From positions 2,170,001 to 2,234,000 of the forward strand of contig JAYWIR010000019.1 of assembly GCA_036172245.1 (NCBI GenBank): a stretch of 64,000 nt of DNA. Direction: 5' to 3'. Made by a program: the position numbers and the translations under genes. This document shows positions 1 to 12,122 of the stretch, one piece after another; positions within the stretch are counted from its first letter, which is position 1; every line of letters begins with the position of its first letter. The stretch is from Raillietiella orientalis. Lineage: Eukaryota. The notes below the pieces were generated by a model that was not told the DNA's origin, ran no database searches, and was given only the letters and a program-made list of their open reading frames with translations.

Positions 1-1584
1 TTGGACCTCGCGCGGGGCGTGGTGGCGCACGCACCGGCGGCCCCATGAAGCACCCGCGCGCGGCGCCCATCCATGCACCTGTGCGTGCTCTTCGCGTGAT
101 CCCGTGGCACGCAAGGCTGCAGTGCATGACGCGCGAGCTGGTGCTCCCCGCCCCTTGTCCCCACGTAGCCGCGGGGATGGATCGCTAGGGACAGCTGCTG
201 CCAGCAACCCCATCCGCATCCCCTTCGATCCAGCTTCCAGCTGCCGCGGCCGCGAGCGGCCTCCAGGAGGCGGCTTCGAACCCTCCCTGTGGCGAGCTCT
301 TCCTCTCTCGGACTAGCAGCGGCTCGAACTCCTCGACGAGAGCGGCCTCCTCCCTCTTCCGCATCCCTTTCCCCCTTCCTCGCCCTCCCTGGGATGGGAG
401 GAGAGAAGCTGCAGCTCTTTGCGCAGTCACCGCCCCCGTCTCCCGCCTTCGTCTTGGCCGCTCCGAGAGCCGTTGATGAGCTCGGAGAGCGCGAGGCGCG
501 GTCCGGAGATGCACGAAAGATCGAAAGACTTCCACAGGCGGCGACCGACTCTCCGGCAGCATTCACATCCCAGCCGCAGGCGGCGGCGGCGGTGGTGGAC
601 TGGCCTTCGAGAGCCGTCCGCGCCGTGACTGCTTCTTGGAGTTTTGGGGAGACCGGACAGGGGGGGGGGGGAAGTAGGCTACGAGCGTAGCCTGCGTTTC
701 TAGGAAACGGAGAAACGTCACCGGTTAGCTGAATCATCTTCGGATGTCGACGTCCGAGACACCGGACTGCCTCGAGCGTGCGGATAATGGCTGCATTTTG
801 CAGGGAGGCTGACCCCAGGATGAAGAGCACGGAGCACCCCTTGGGATGCCTCCGCCGAGCGCAATGGGTGCGGCGGGAGGGCGAGAAAGGGAGAGATCGG
901 GACTTCAGTGATCTCCCCTGAGGGGGCATCTGACGTTGCCAGCGTGAAGGAAAGGGGAGAGTCCAGGAGGGGTGGAGGAAGCTGCAGTAGCGCCATCTGC
1001 GTCCAAGTGGTGGTGTGGAAGCGGGCGGCTGCCGATCAGCGAGCCGCTTCCGTTGCGTGCGGCGGGCGGGCGAGGAGGACGCGGAAGCATCAAAAGCTGC
1101 GGGGAGGTCACGCAGGTCGGCGCGGCGGCGGGAGCCGATCGGACGGATCCGGCCGCGCCTCAGAGGCGCTTCCCTTCGGCTCCCTCACAGACCGTCCCTA
1201 CTACTCTGCCCAGGAAGGATGACCACTCTCGGTTCCACCACCGACTCCGTTGAGGACAGGGATAGGGGTCGCGCACTACTTCCACCCCTTCCCTCTCCCG
1301 GGCACCACTCGATGCAGAGGAGGCAACGCCAGTGAGCTGTCGCCCTTCGGGTTCTTCGCGAACGCCCCTGCCGCCGAAGCCAGGGACTCCCGGGGGTTTC
1401 AGCCCCCAGCGAATCTTTGGAATGGGGAAGCGCGTGCGGCCTCCATTTTTCTCCTCTTCTTCCACCAAGCAAGCGTTCACTTCGCCTTTCGGGAAGAGCG
1501 GGCACTCGTTCCGATTGAGTCGATGGGTCCGGCCTACGTGCGCTCTCGCTCATCTTTACGTCTTCCTGCTCCTTGTGCAGGGTT

Positions 1585-1858
1585 TTCGTTTCTTCTTCTT
1601 TCCTTCTTCTTTCTCCTCTCCTCTATCTTTTCTCTCCCTTCCTCTTCCTCTTTCCTTCCTTCTTTTCCTTCTTCATCCCCCAATCATTCTCCTCTTTTTT
1701 TCCTCCCTTCTTCCTTTTTCTCCTTTCTTCCTCATCTTCGTTTCTCACCCTCCTCTTCCTCTTTCTGCTTCATCGCTCCTCTTCCGCCTCCACCTCTATC
1801 CTTCTTCTCCTTACATTCCACTCCGTCCTTCCTCCCTCCGCCTCCTCCTGCTCTCCCA
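1585..1858. repeat. CT-rich low-complexity tract
   Basis: Almost pure pyrimidine on the + strand. Confidence 0.9.
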
Positions 1859-4800
1859 GGCTGCTCTGGAACGAGGCATGCGTTGTACTCGCGTGGAGGC
1901 GCTGCCGGAGGGTTCCGCGAAGGCTAGAGGCAACCATTCTTCGTGCGGTGCGCTTCTCTCGCTACCTCCTTCGCTGGGATGCCCTGGGTTCCCAGGTAGT
2001 CGCCGGCTGCTCCAGTCTGCAGCGACGATCTTCCTTCCCCCCTCCCAGTTCTCTCTCTCTCCTTGCCCTAATGTGAGGCCCTCTGCCCTTCTGGTTTATC
2101 CTGGGGCACGTGCGCTTCCGAATCCGCGTATCCCAAGGGTTGGCAGGAAGGGCACCACCTCCGGAGGACTCATCCGTGCCGCCTTTACGCACTATAGTGT
2201 TCTGCAAATCGGCAGCAGCCTCTAGTGCGCATGCTTGGCGGAAACGCACACCCAGGAGCGGCATTGCTCCGAGCGAGTCACTCGTTTGCCCCTCAGGGCC
2301 CGGAAAAGCCAGCGGGGGAGGGCGAAGTTCGTTGCTGACCCCTTTCCGGAATGTGAATGCCCGAAGGCTCCACCGCGAGGAGAGGAGGGGGATGGGCACA
2401 AGGGGCTTGCCCAATCCACCGCCCCTTCCCCACGGTTCAGATGCGAACGCCTTTACAAATCGTCGGCTGGGCGGCGGTCGGCTAGAGAAACGGCAGCGTT
2501 CCCCCTCGCGGGAACAGGGAGCCGGGAACGCAGGAAGAGTTCCGCTTCCCCTCAGCGACTGCTCAGAACCCGTTCAGGGGGAAGGCGGAAGGGCGCGCGC
2601 CCCTTCGCGAGATCAGCGTGCGTCTCGCAACTGCTGCTCTCGGAGACCCCCGGAGACATCTTCGCTTCCGCCGCCGCTCCAGTCTGTGCGCGAACCCTGA
2701 CACCCGAGGATCTCATCTGGCTCTCTCTGATCTTCGTTCGTCTCCCCGGGAAGCCGCGGGCGACAGCTAGGAAGCGAGGGAAGACAGGGGTGGATCGGGG
2801 AAGAAACGTGAGAGCGGGCTGTTCATCCACTAATCAATGGGACGCCCAGCCAGCACTAGCCGACACTGTGGAGTCTTTTTCGTCGGCTCTGATGCCTGCG
2901 TAGCCTCTCAGCCGCTGCCCCCGCAACGCGCCTCCGGGAGGGAGGGCCGCATTTCTGCTTTTCCGAGTCGCTTTTCCGGCAGGGGAGTGGCGTGGGGCGG
3001 TTGACCTCCGAACGCGGAGTCTCTCGAGGAGGCGAGGGCTGCCGGCGAACCCGAGGAAAAGGTCCGTTTGCTTCCTGCCTCCCTGGCGCACCTTCGTCCA
3101 CCTCGAAGGTTCCTGGAAACCTCCGGCCTCCTCGCCACGGCAAAGGCAAACGTCGTCACCAGGAATTCTCAGGCGCTGAGGGCGGTTCTGGTCTCTAGGG
3201 CTCAGCTGCCGGCATTCTTCGTCTTGGAGCTGCTCGTCGGCCTCCCGCCGTAGAACGCCTCGGCGACCTCTGCCCTCTGCCTCTGCCTCTGCTCCGCCTC
3301 AGTGCTGGCGAGGTCGGGACGCCGTGGAACCAGCACTTCCTCCACGAAGCTCGAGAGCGGCACAATCGGGCCTTCATTGCCTGCCCGACCCTTTGACCCT
3401 CATCCAGCCCGGGCGTCTTTCGTTGTACAAGACCTTAGCTCCACAGAGGGCGCAGCTCGTGGAGGGAAAGAATCCCCATTCCTTTGCCTCTTCGCTCACG
3501 GAGGCTGGGATCAAGGGGAGGAAGTCACTCCCTCCCCGGGAGCGCTGCCGGCGACTCCACCGCGCCCCTCTTGCAGGGCGGCTGCGCGAGCTCGAAACCC
3601 TGCAGGTGATCGCTGGCCACGCCACCGCTAGCCGGATGCATCCCGAACCTTCCGGTCGGATCCCCCGCACGCAGAGCGGAGGCTCGCGGGACAGGCTCGT
3701 GGGTCACCTTGCGAAGGCAGCCGACTTGGAGGGGGCGGCCGGAGAATGGTAGCCCGGTCTCCGGAAAAAGTAGACGGAGATGAAGGCCACAGAGAAGGAG
3801 AAAGCAAGGACCGTTCGGGCTGGAGACGAGGAGAAGATTCGTCATGAAATGCTCGCGTCACAGCCTCCAAGCACTGGGGGAAGGGGGGGGAAGGCTGCAA
3901 CCGTTCGGCTGCTGCCACGCGAGTGTGCGCAAGCAATCTCCCCACCTCGCCCTCTCCCCACACACTGGGACTCTGTCCGTGGTCTGCAAAGGTACGTTCT
4001 CTCACGAGATGAGGGTGGAAGGGGAGATTTTGCCGTTTTTCCCCTCGAAAGAAACAACTTTAAGCGTTCCATCTGTGCTCCCCCATTCGTCCCCTCCAGG
4101 GCATCCGCGTGTCCGAGCATGGCAGGTCAACGATGATGCCATCGATCCTGGCAGTCCTTCACCTGCATTTCTCCTTCCCGGCTTTTTCCATGCCTCGGGA
4201 CAACTTCCGAGAGGCTCGTCTCCGCGGCGACGGCGCGCCAACTTTCCTCCCTCCTCCCCGTTCGGAAAATCGCGCCTGTGCCCTTGAAGCGCAAATATCT
4301 GGATGTACCCTGCGCCATCTGATAATGCTTATCTCCTGATTCGATGTTCGGTGATTCTTTGGGCTGATGGCGCCGCGGAAAGTTCTCGTGCACCCGATTT
4401 GCGCTAGACTTTGGGAAAATCGACGGAAGTGTCAGTTTCCTGCTCAAATGGACGCAAATAGTGCCCTCGGGAGAAAGGAAAAAAAAAAAAACGAAAAGTA
4501 TCCTGCGTACGGTTGGTTAGGAAGAAAGTAGGGCCAGTGCGTCGGGTGGGTGCAGGAGAGAGAAGTCTTGGAGCGGGGGGAACAAAGGAACTGATTACAA
4601 AGAGATAAGGCTCAGGAGGGCGTGGGGACTCGAGAGGTGGTCGATCTTCGAGGTGGCTTCCCAGCGAGAGATCCCACGCAGCAGTCTGGGACCGACACGC
4701 GGTTCTGCGTTGGCTCTTCTGCTACAGGACCTGCCGCCACGCCCTGCTCCAAAGACACAGGGAAGGGGGGAGTCCCGGAAAGGTCCTCTCGGTCATCGGA

Positions 4801-5743
4801 TCTGCTGGATGATTCTAGAGAGAAGCTTGACTGGAGCATATGGACCGAGGGAATCTCGCCTTCGGGAAGGGTCCAAACAGGGAGTGGTTCATTTCGCGGG
4901 AGGCGGTCCAGGTGCGCTCTGAGGGGGCTGCAGGAACGGAGACTCCGTTCCTAGCTCGGTTGCGTCGGAAGTCCTGGCATGGCGAATTCTCCGACCTCCT
5001 ACCAGCCCGCGTTCGACCCTGCTTCGGGACTTGGCTGAGGGAATGGCTAGGATTTCGGCTCCGGGGCGGCCCTCCATGGCAACAAGAAGCGAGCAGTCCT
5101 ATGATGCGGTGCACCTTGCGGTGTCGCGACGAGAAGTGGGCCAAGAAGGTCAAGTGGACGCAGCGTTGGAGGTGTCTCGTTTGCTGCGATGACGTGGAAT
5201 CCCGAAGACCATCATCGTCATCAGCGTGGTCCAGATCGAAGAGTGGCCCTTCCTCGTGCGAGACTACGGAGAGTGAGGAAGGAGGCGACGTAGCAGCAGC
5301 TCGAACGCGCGCCGGGAGGCGCTGGAAGCAAATCGCCGGGAGACGGGCGCGTTTCGGGAACGCGTTGCGTGAACGAGCAAAAGCGTGGAGGAGCATATTC
5401 CCGTCGCTTTCCGCTTCCCTCCGGAGAAAGAAGGGATCAGCGACAACTCGCCCCTCTATTCCTGGCTCTCTTCCCTCCTCGAGAGACTCCGCCGCACATC
5501 CTCCCGGAGACGCAGAATAAGACCAGTTGCACTCGAAAAGCTTCCTCCATTCATTCATTCTTTTCTCTTTTTTTCCCTTTTTCTCTTTCCTCTCCGGAAG
5601 GCCGCGTTCGCTGCTTTCAGAGGAACTTGTTTTGTTTTTGTTTTTTCTTCTTTCTGCAAAGTTTCTCTTTGTGGTGATCCGGCTTCGCCGCTCGCAGAAA
5701 AACCTGGGCGCGACCTTCCCTCCTCAAATAAAAGCCAAGCCTC

Positions 5744-7403
5744 GGGCGCGTTCGCAGCCACACGGCTGAGCTCTCCGCGAGCGAGTGGAGTCAGTCGTCG
5801 CGGGTTCGAATCCGGGTCCGGAGAAGGATCAACGCCGAGAAATAGAGGGGAGAGGTGCTTTGGGTTTCGATCCCCCCCCCGCAGGACGGCGCTGGTCGAC
5901 CTATTCGGTGCGGCGGCACTAGTTGACACCCGGTCACGTCGGGCCACAGGCGTTTAGTAATAAAAAATAAACGCCTGTGGAAGGACTTTTGGTCTTGTCA
6001 CATTACTTATAACTACGAGAAAGGACCTGCCGTGATCTGGCACGCAGGCCAGTGGGGTTCGCCTCGGCAGCACAGCGGAAGGAGGGGACACAAACAAACA
6101 AAATAAAAATAAAACAGCCAAAAAAAATTGGGGGGAATGGGGAAGGGGGGGAAGGGATCACTGTGTGCTGGAGGGTGTCCTCTGCATCCTTGTAAGGGTG
6201 TTCTGTTTCAAGACTCCTAGATGAGGCTATCTTGAAGCTGCCTTCATGAAGAGGACAGCAAAATAGATGTCGTCCCTGTGGTTCTGGCCTTTTCTGGCGC
6301 TGCTCTGTTCAGCCACGGTCCCTCCGCGTGGGACGCACCGTGCTGCTGGGATGCGGCCGTCGTGAGGGCGTCTCGCAGGAAGAGGAGCTTTCAAACGTCT
6401 CAGGCGTTGATGTCGGCGGTTCCAAGGGTCGCGTCAAAGCGTACCCAAAGTGGCCGGAGGGCAACGCAGCTCACTAGGAGGTGAGGGAGCGAATCCCGCT
6501 CTCCGCACCTTGCACGTTGGTGTCCATTCCTCCCCCCATGTCCAGTGATGCCGGCGGATGTTGCACGGGAGTGCCCAATGCAGCAGCAGCATCAACGCCG
6601 ACTCCTGCCACTTTAAGGGGAGGGTACGGGTGTTCATGAGCACCAAAGACCACTGCAGGTCTTCCTGCAGAATACCCAGTAGCACGCCCCAGCTCAAAAG
6701 TCCATGAGTCCCCCCCCCCTTTCCCCACAGGACGACGCTGGTTGACCCATAGATTCCGAGTGCGGCACTGGTGGAAGCGGGAAACCCCCCGGATGCCCCC
6801 GTTGACCGGCGAGGACTGGAAGTTGACCCTCAGAAGTCCTTCCAGTGACCAAGGAACCCTCCGGGGTTAACCTCCGGTTGTGAAAATGGAGCCTTCCCCC
6901 CTTCCCTCGGGAGACTGGAGACCTTCCATTGCATTTCATGGAGCTGGTTGATATCCCCATCGAAGGGTTGCCCAGCTCCCTTCAGGAAGCAATTAGTCAG
7001 AGAAATTGGAAAGCATCCCTCCGGGGAGGAGGGATGCTTTCAGAGGAGTAAAAACAAGGATCTGTTCCCTTGCGGAATCCCTCCCGAGAAGAAACTCCAG
7101 GAGCGGCTCTTTTCCAGGTTCCCTTTGGCGAAGAAATGATGGAGCGGTCTTCTTCGGAGGAACAAGGAAGAGGCTCCCTTCGGGGTTCTCTTACCAGGCG
7201 CAAGAGGAACGCATTGCTTCCTCCAGAGCCCTACCTGGATTCATAGGGCGTTCCCTCCGGGGCTGCCCTTCAACTTGAAAAGTTACGCGGGTACCCTCGG
7301 GTGGAGTGGATGCTGAACCCTGGACGTGGACGTGGACAGCGTTAAGGAGCTTCGTGAGCCTCTAGGCGAGCTGTGCTTCAGCAAATCGGCGAACCCCCAA
7401 AAA
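5744..7403 (+). mobile_element. tRNA-headed SINE-like element, copy 1 (interrupted by a LINE fragment)
   Basis: B box GGTTCGAATCC near 5803-5813; body 6710-7400 homologous to 62930-63530 and to the reverse complement of 59660-60230; tail ttcagcaaatcggcgaacc + short A run. Confidence 0.7.
5923..6700 (-). mobile_element. 5'-truncated copy of the same LINE family (CCHC tail + 3' UTR), inside SINE-like copy 1, antisense to it
   Basis: Broken translation CK/CGERDSLPHLLVSCVALRPLW..LLFLRDAL matches 48819..49205; ends GTGACCGGGTGTCAA at 5923. Confidence 0.88.
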
Positions 7404-8343
7404 GGAGAAGCCGGAAGGGGAGAACAGCGAAAGCAGAAGACCCCCAAATGATTTCCATCACCCTAGCCCCATGGTGATGATCTCTCCCGTGAGGTCTCTA
7501 TGGCCTTTTGAAAAGAAAAAAGCGAGAACACGTGCGAAGTCCAAGCGGCGGGCAGCTTTGCCACCCGGAGCGCTTCCGCTCGGTGCGCTTATCACGTCCA
7601 TGCGCCGTCGAGGAAGCCCTCGGAGGCCCACGGCTGGCATCCAGCAGACGAGATTCCGTTCCGACGCGACCCCTCGGCCATGGACAGGCTCTCCCGTCGT
7701 CTGACCGGGCTGCCAGCCGAGCTGCGTTTGCTTCGGAATGGCCTCCGTCCGTCCGAAGCCTGGCACTTCGTAGCCTGCAGTCTGACCCCTGTGTACCTCG
7801 CTCAAGAAAGTGGATCTTTCGCAACAACATCCTCCGCTGCCCGACCGCGTGTTCCCCCCCCCTCCCTCCCTCCCTTTTTTCCTTCTCCTCTCCCTCCCAA
7901 CAGCTGCTGTACGACCTCGGCGCGCAGGTTCTCGCTTCTCTGCTCACGAGGTGGCGCGCGAGAGCAAAAGGTGTTCTCTCCAAAGGTCGAACCCACGCAA
8001 CCGGGAGGAGGGGGTCTACAACATTCGCCTCGCCGAGAAGACATTTTTTTTTTCATCCTTCCCCCCCCTTTTCCTTTTAATCTTTTCTCGAGTACACACT
8101 GAAGCCGCGATTCGAATCATCTGGAAAGAAAGGAATTCATCTGTGTGAGAAGAGACGCAGCTTCCTATCCCATTGGATCTCAGTCAAGGATTCCCTTAAT
8201 TCCATCAGCAGATAGAAGAATCCAAGCGAGATTCCGCTGCGTTCATCCTTTCCCAGTCTGTCCGCTCTCTCCTCGGTGCGGGGCTGGGAACTGAGAACCG
8301 ATTCCGGGGACGAAGGATGGCGAGGGGTAGCCTTGGGGCGGCA

Positions 8344-9192
8344 CTACGCAAAGGACTCGTTCCGGAAGCAGGGAAGGAAGCTCGAGACACTCAAGTCGAA
8401 GACGTTCTCGTACGAATCCTGAAGGTCATCCATGTAGCAATAGAAGTCCAGTACCCTGCGCACCATGGGATTCGCTCTTCCCACCGAGTAGATCCAGAGG
8501 ACGTTGCAGTCGCACGGAACGGGATTCCCGTAGCTCAGGAATGCCCGCGTTGTGGGAGCGCGGAGGATGTTCTGGATCAGGGGGAGGAAGGTCTCCACGT
8601 CGTACCTGGTTATGAGGTTGCGGGATATGTCGAGGGCGTACGGCAGGCTTCCATTGCCGAACGCGGCTGCCGGGAGCTCCCTGATGTGATTGCCGGAGAG
8701 GTACATCCTGGGATGCGTCTTGGAGGAGCAGCAGTGCAGCTGCAGACTCGCCGGAGACAGTCTCTCGAGCTTGTTCCCGATAAGGTGCAGGTTTTCCAGG
8801 GACGCCACGTCCGCGAACGCGTATCCTCCGATCTCCATTATGTAGTTGTAGCTGAGGTCCAGGTAGGACAGGGACGTCAGCCCCTGGAACGCCCTCGGAG
8901 GAATGTGGGTCAGCCGGTTGCCGAGGAGGTTCAGGTATCGGAGGTTCCTCAGTTTCCTCAGGGAGTGGAATGGGAAGGCGCAGATGGAGTTCTTCATCAT
9001 GGTGATGTCTGTCAGGTCGGTGAGGGTGTCGAAGAACTGCTCGCCGACCACTCTCAGCAGCCTGTTGCTTTGAACGTTCAGTGACGTGCACGCCAAGTTT
9101 CCCGGGTTGCTCAGAGTTTCCACGTCGCTGTCGTAAACCACCCATTCCAAAAAGTGGCTTTTGGGCATCCTGTGCAGAAACCTCTCCAAGCT
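8344..9192 (-). CDS. LRR gene coding exon 2 (LRR array + LRRCT, stop)
   Basis: 849 nt after a pyrimidine-rich acceptor; same frame as track ORF 8344..9246. Confidence 0.92.
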   Translation of the reverse strand, partial: SLERFLHRMPKSHFLEWVVYDSDVETLSNPGNLACTSLNVQSNRLLRVVGEQFFDTLTDLTDITMMKNSICAFPFHSLRKLRNLRYLNLLGNRLTHIPPRAFQGLTSLSYLDLSYNYIMEIGGYAFADVASLENLHLIGNKLERLSPASLQLHCCSSKTHPRMYLSGNHIRELPAAAFGNGSLPYALDISRNLITRYDVETFLPLIQNILRAPTTRAFLSYGNPVPCDCNVLWIYSVGRANPMVRRVLDFYCYMDDLQDSYENVFDLSVSSFLPCFRNESFA

Positions 9193-12122
9193 CTGGAATA
9201 TCATGTACAAAGGAGAGAAGTGGGTGAAGAAAAGAAAAAAAGTCATCTATGCACGGATGCAAGAGCTGCCGGAGAGACGTCGCGACCGGAACGCTCCGGG
9301 AGTCTCCGGGAGCGATTGCACCGGGAAGGAAACACCGCTCGTTCCTTCGGGCGCGAAGGGGTTTTCCCTCTTCCTCTTCAGTTCGACGAAATGACTCAAA
9401 AGAGCTGCGAAAGTCGGACGCCTGAAGGAGCGGCCGATCCGTCCGACTTCCGTCGCAAAGAGGACGGCGGATTTCGCCGCGAGAAAACCGGAGACGAGGA
9501 TTCGTTGGGTCCACGCAGCCGGACTCGGAACGACAGGAAGGACGGCGGCGATCCTTGCTGGAGGACAAGAGAGCGAGGTGGACGAAGAGCATCGTGGCGA
9601 CAGAGATCGCAACGCGTTTCGAGCGCCGCGGTGGTAGGCTGCGTGCCGAGATCCCGCTTTCTAGAGAAAGGGAGAGAGAGAGAGAAAAAAAGGGGGGGCG
9701 GAAAGATGAGGACTCTTGCCCTGGTGTGCACTCACTGCGGCAAGTGAGTCCTATTTCCCATCGAGGCGGAAGTCTTCGTTCCAGGAAGCGGAAGGGAGAA
9801 GAGAGCGATGGAGGAAGGGAAGGAAAACCACCGGTCTCCCTCCCTGCCTTGCCGCGTCCGGCAAACGCCAAAACGGTGCGTCGGCTGCATGAGAATTTCC
9901 GGGAGACCCCAGGGAAGGGATTTCAGAGGATCGAACAAGAGGAGCGCGCGGCGCGTGCTTTCGACGGATCTCGATCGCCGTCCTTCTTGCCGCAAGAGGT
10001 TTCACGTGTCACAGGGAGCAAAATCTTTCCGGGTTCTTCCGTGGAGAGCAGAAGCGATTCCTGCAAAGTTCTTTCGAGAGGCGCAGCTTCAGGATGCGCT
10101 GGGAAACTCCGACAGTTCGGCTTTCTCCTGCATGAAGAGAGCAAAGTCTTTTTATTTTGGGATGGCGTTGTATAGACTTTGGGAAGGAGCTGAAATTTTA
10201 TTTTCTTCCTAGACAGACACACAAACAAAAAAAATAAAGGTGTACCCGGAATCACGCGACTCCCGAAAGGAGGAACGAATGAGAAACCTGGAACGTTCCA
10301 AAGCTTCCAGAGTAGCTTACGAGCAAAAGGCCGAAGAACGGAGGCTGCAGGCGTGCTGCAGCTTCAGCACAAGGGAAAGGATGCAAGAAGCCTCGCAGCC
10401 TGTGTCCTGCGCGCGCGGACCAAATAGTTTCGAGCTCTGTGAGAAGCAGAAAGAACCAGTGTTTAACCTATGGGTCAGCAGGAGCACGGAGACCAAATGC
10501 TATGGGGTGGAGTGGATGGGCAGCGCTGTCAACAGCTGACGGAACGAGAGGAAAATTTCCAATGCGACCATTCCAGAAAGGAATCGCTAGCACAGATCGC
10601 TGAGTCTCCTGGAAGATTCTGCAATCCGCGGTGCAGAGGTGCCACCTATCGAGCTCTCTCGACAAGGACGAGGAAGAGAGCAAGAAGTCGTCGGCTGCTT
10701 CCTCGAACTCGCTCTTGCAGGCGCGGTTACGGTACTCCGTGGCACCGTTGCGACGCTTCGGATGTCGAGGTAGCAGAAAGCAGGGAGGAAAAAAATTCTG
10801 CGAAGGTTTCCACGCTCTTAACGGCAATTTAAAAACCAGCTCGAGGGCACCCTCGAAGAATCTCGACGTGGTTGGTAAATGGGCGATTCGTTAACTACGC
10901 TCGAAATGGGTACGCTCTCGTGATTTTGATCTTGGGAGAGCGGGGCCTGCCGAGTCTATCTACAAACCCCAGCTCCCATTCAAGCCGTTTTCTCTCTTTC
11001 TCTCTCGAGTATCGTAGACAGCAGCCATAATGGTTGTGTAGCTCGAGATTCCATTGCTTTCCGTTCCACAGCATCCTGATGCTTCCAAGCAATAAGAAGA
11101 GCCCGCAGCTGCGGTTTGGTTTCTCTCTTCAAGCACGAGGGAATACCAACGTGATCCACCCTCTCGTTGGTGCCCTGCAGACACTCGGGAAGGAGCGAGC
11201 GCTCCCCCCGATATACCTCTGCCATCATAAGGCCACGGCAGGACCAGAAGTGAAGCTGAAGCTTGCTGAGAGTGTTCCAGGAAGGAACTTGCAAGTTTCC
11301 ACGCAATCAGGTGTGAGGCGAACCTTCGGGGTAACTGGCGCGTCAGCCCGCGCCTGACACAGCGGCACGTAGCAGCTAATCGCTGCGCGTCCCTCCCCCC
11401 TCCCCTCGATTCTCTGTTCCTCTTACTCCTCCTTATGAAGCTTCCAGCGTCCAGGGAGCGACAGGTTAGCTGCAGCAGCCGTGCAAGAAGAGCAGCATCC
11501 GTTCTCCCGCAGAGGGGACACAGATCCACTGATAACCGGACGGAAGATCTGCATGAAATCAGCTTCCCCGCGACCCACTTACCAGCAGGACGAAAGGGAA
11601 AGAGGGGAAACCACTTTTGCAACGATAAATGGGACACGGATCCTTTCCATCCTTTCTGGAGGTCCACAGATCAGGAGGATCCTCCTCTTAAGACTTTCGT
11701 CGTGTGCTCTCTGAATGGAGTCGTCGCTACACTGAGAGCATTCATTCACAGCAAGGGGCAAAAAACACACACACACACACAAAGGAAAAACAAAAACGAA
11801 AAACGTGCACACTCACACGAATGGGTTCGACTGATGATGAGCGATCGATTACTCCCGAGAGAGAGAGCGAAGTGCAAACGTAAAGAAAAAGAAAAAAAAA
11901 GGAAAGAAAGGACCGTGATCCTTTAACAAGGGCTTAGAATGTACACTTTACCTTCGTGCTGGACACGTACGAACAGTCAATGACGGTCGCATCGTCGGAG
12001 CAGTAGCAGGGGCTCTTCCTTAGCTTGGGAGAGGCGAACTTTATTGTGTCATTGAAAGGTGGGCAAGAGGAATCCACGCGGCTCAGCAAGAAGAACACGA
12101 GCGTCCACATTTGGAAAAGCAT
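8344..12122 (-). CDS. Secreted leucine-rich-repeat protein (LRRNT-LRR-LRRCT), similar to the Oplophorus-luciferin 2-monooxygenase non-catalytic subunit-like family; 2 coding exons, 339 aa
   Basis: complement(join(8344..9192,11952..12122)). ATG in GCCACCATG context, hydrophobic leader MLFQMWTLVFFLLSRVDS, LRRNT-like CP..SPCYC..IDCSYV, donor AAG|gtaaag and acceptor ttccag|AGC both phase 0. Repeats include LRYLNLLGNRLTHIP, LSYLDLSYNYI and LENLHLIGNKLERL, followed by LRRCT GNPVPCDCNVLW. No transmembrane segment before the stop. Confidence 0.88.
11952..12122 (-). CDS. LRR gene coding exon 1 (signal peptide + LRRNT)
   Basis: 171 nt = 57 codons, ends SYVSSTK|gtaaag. Confidence 0.85.

Noticed and set aside
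1250..2225. Hydrophobic membrane-protein-like ORFs (also 24932..25873 and 28677..29026)
   Set aside because: The F/L/S richness is simply the translation of CT-rich low-complexity tracts.
4815..5558. 247-aa minus-strand ORF, and possible exons at ~430-630 and ~3090-3380
   Set aside because: Partly protein-like, but there is no motif and no consistent splice model could be built; left unannotated.
8426..9871. 481-aa ORF (and the + strand 8317..9084 ORF)
   Set aside because: Alternative-frame and antisense shadows of the LRR exon; Arg/Pro/Ser-rich with no motifs.
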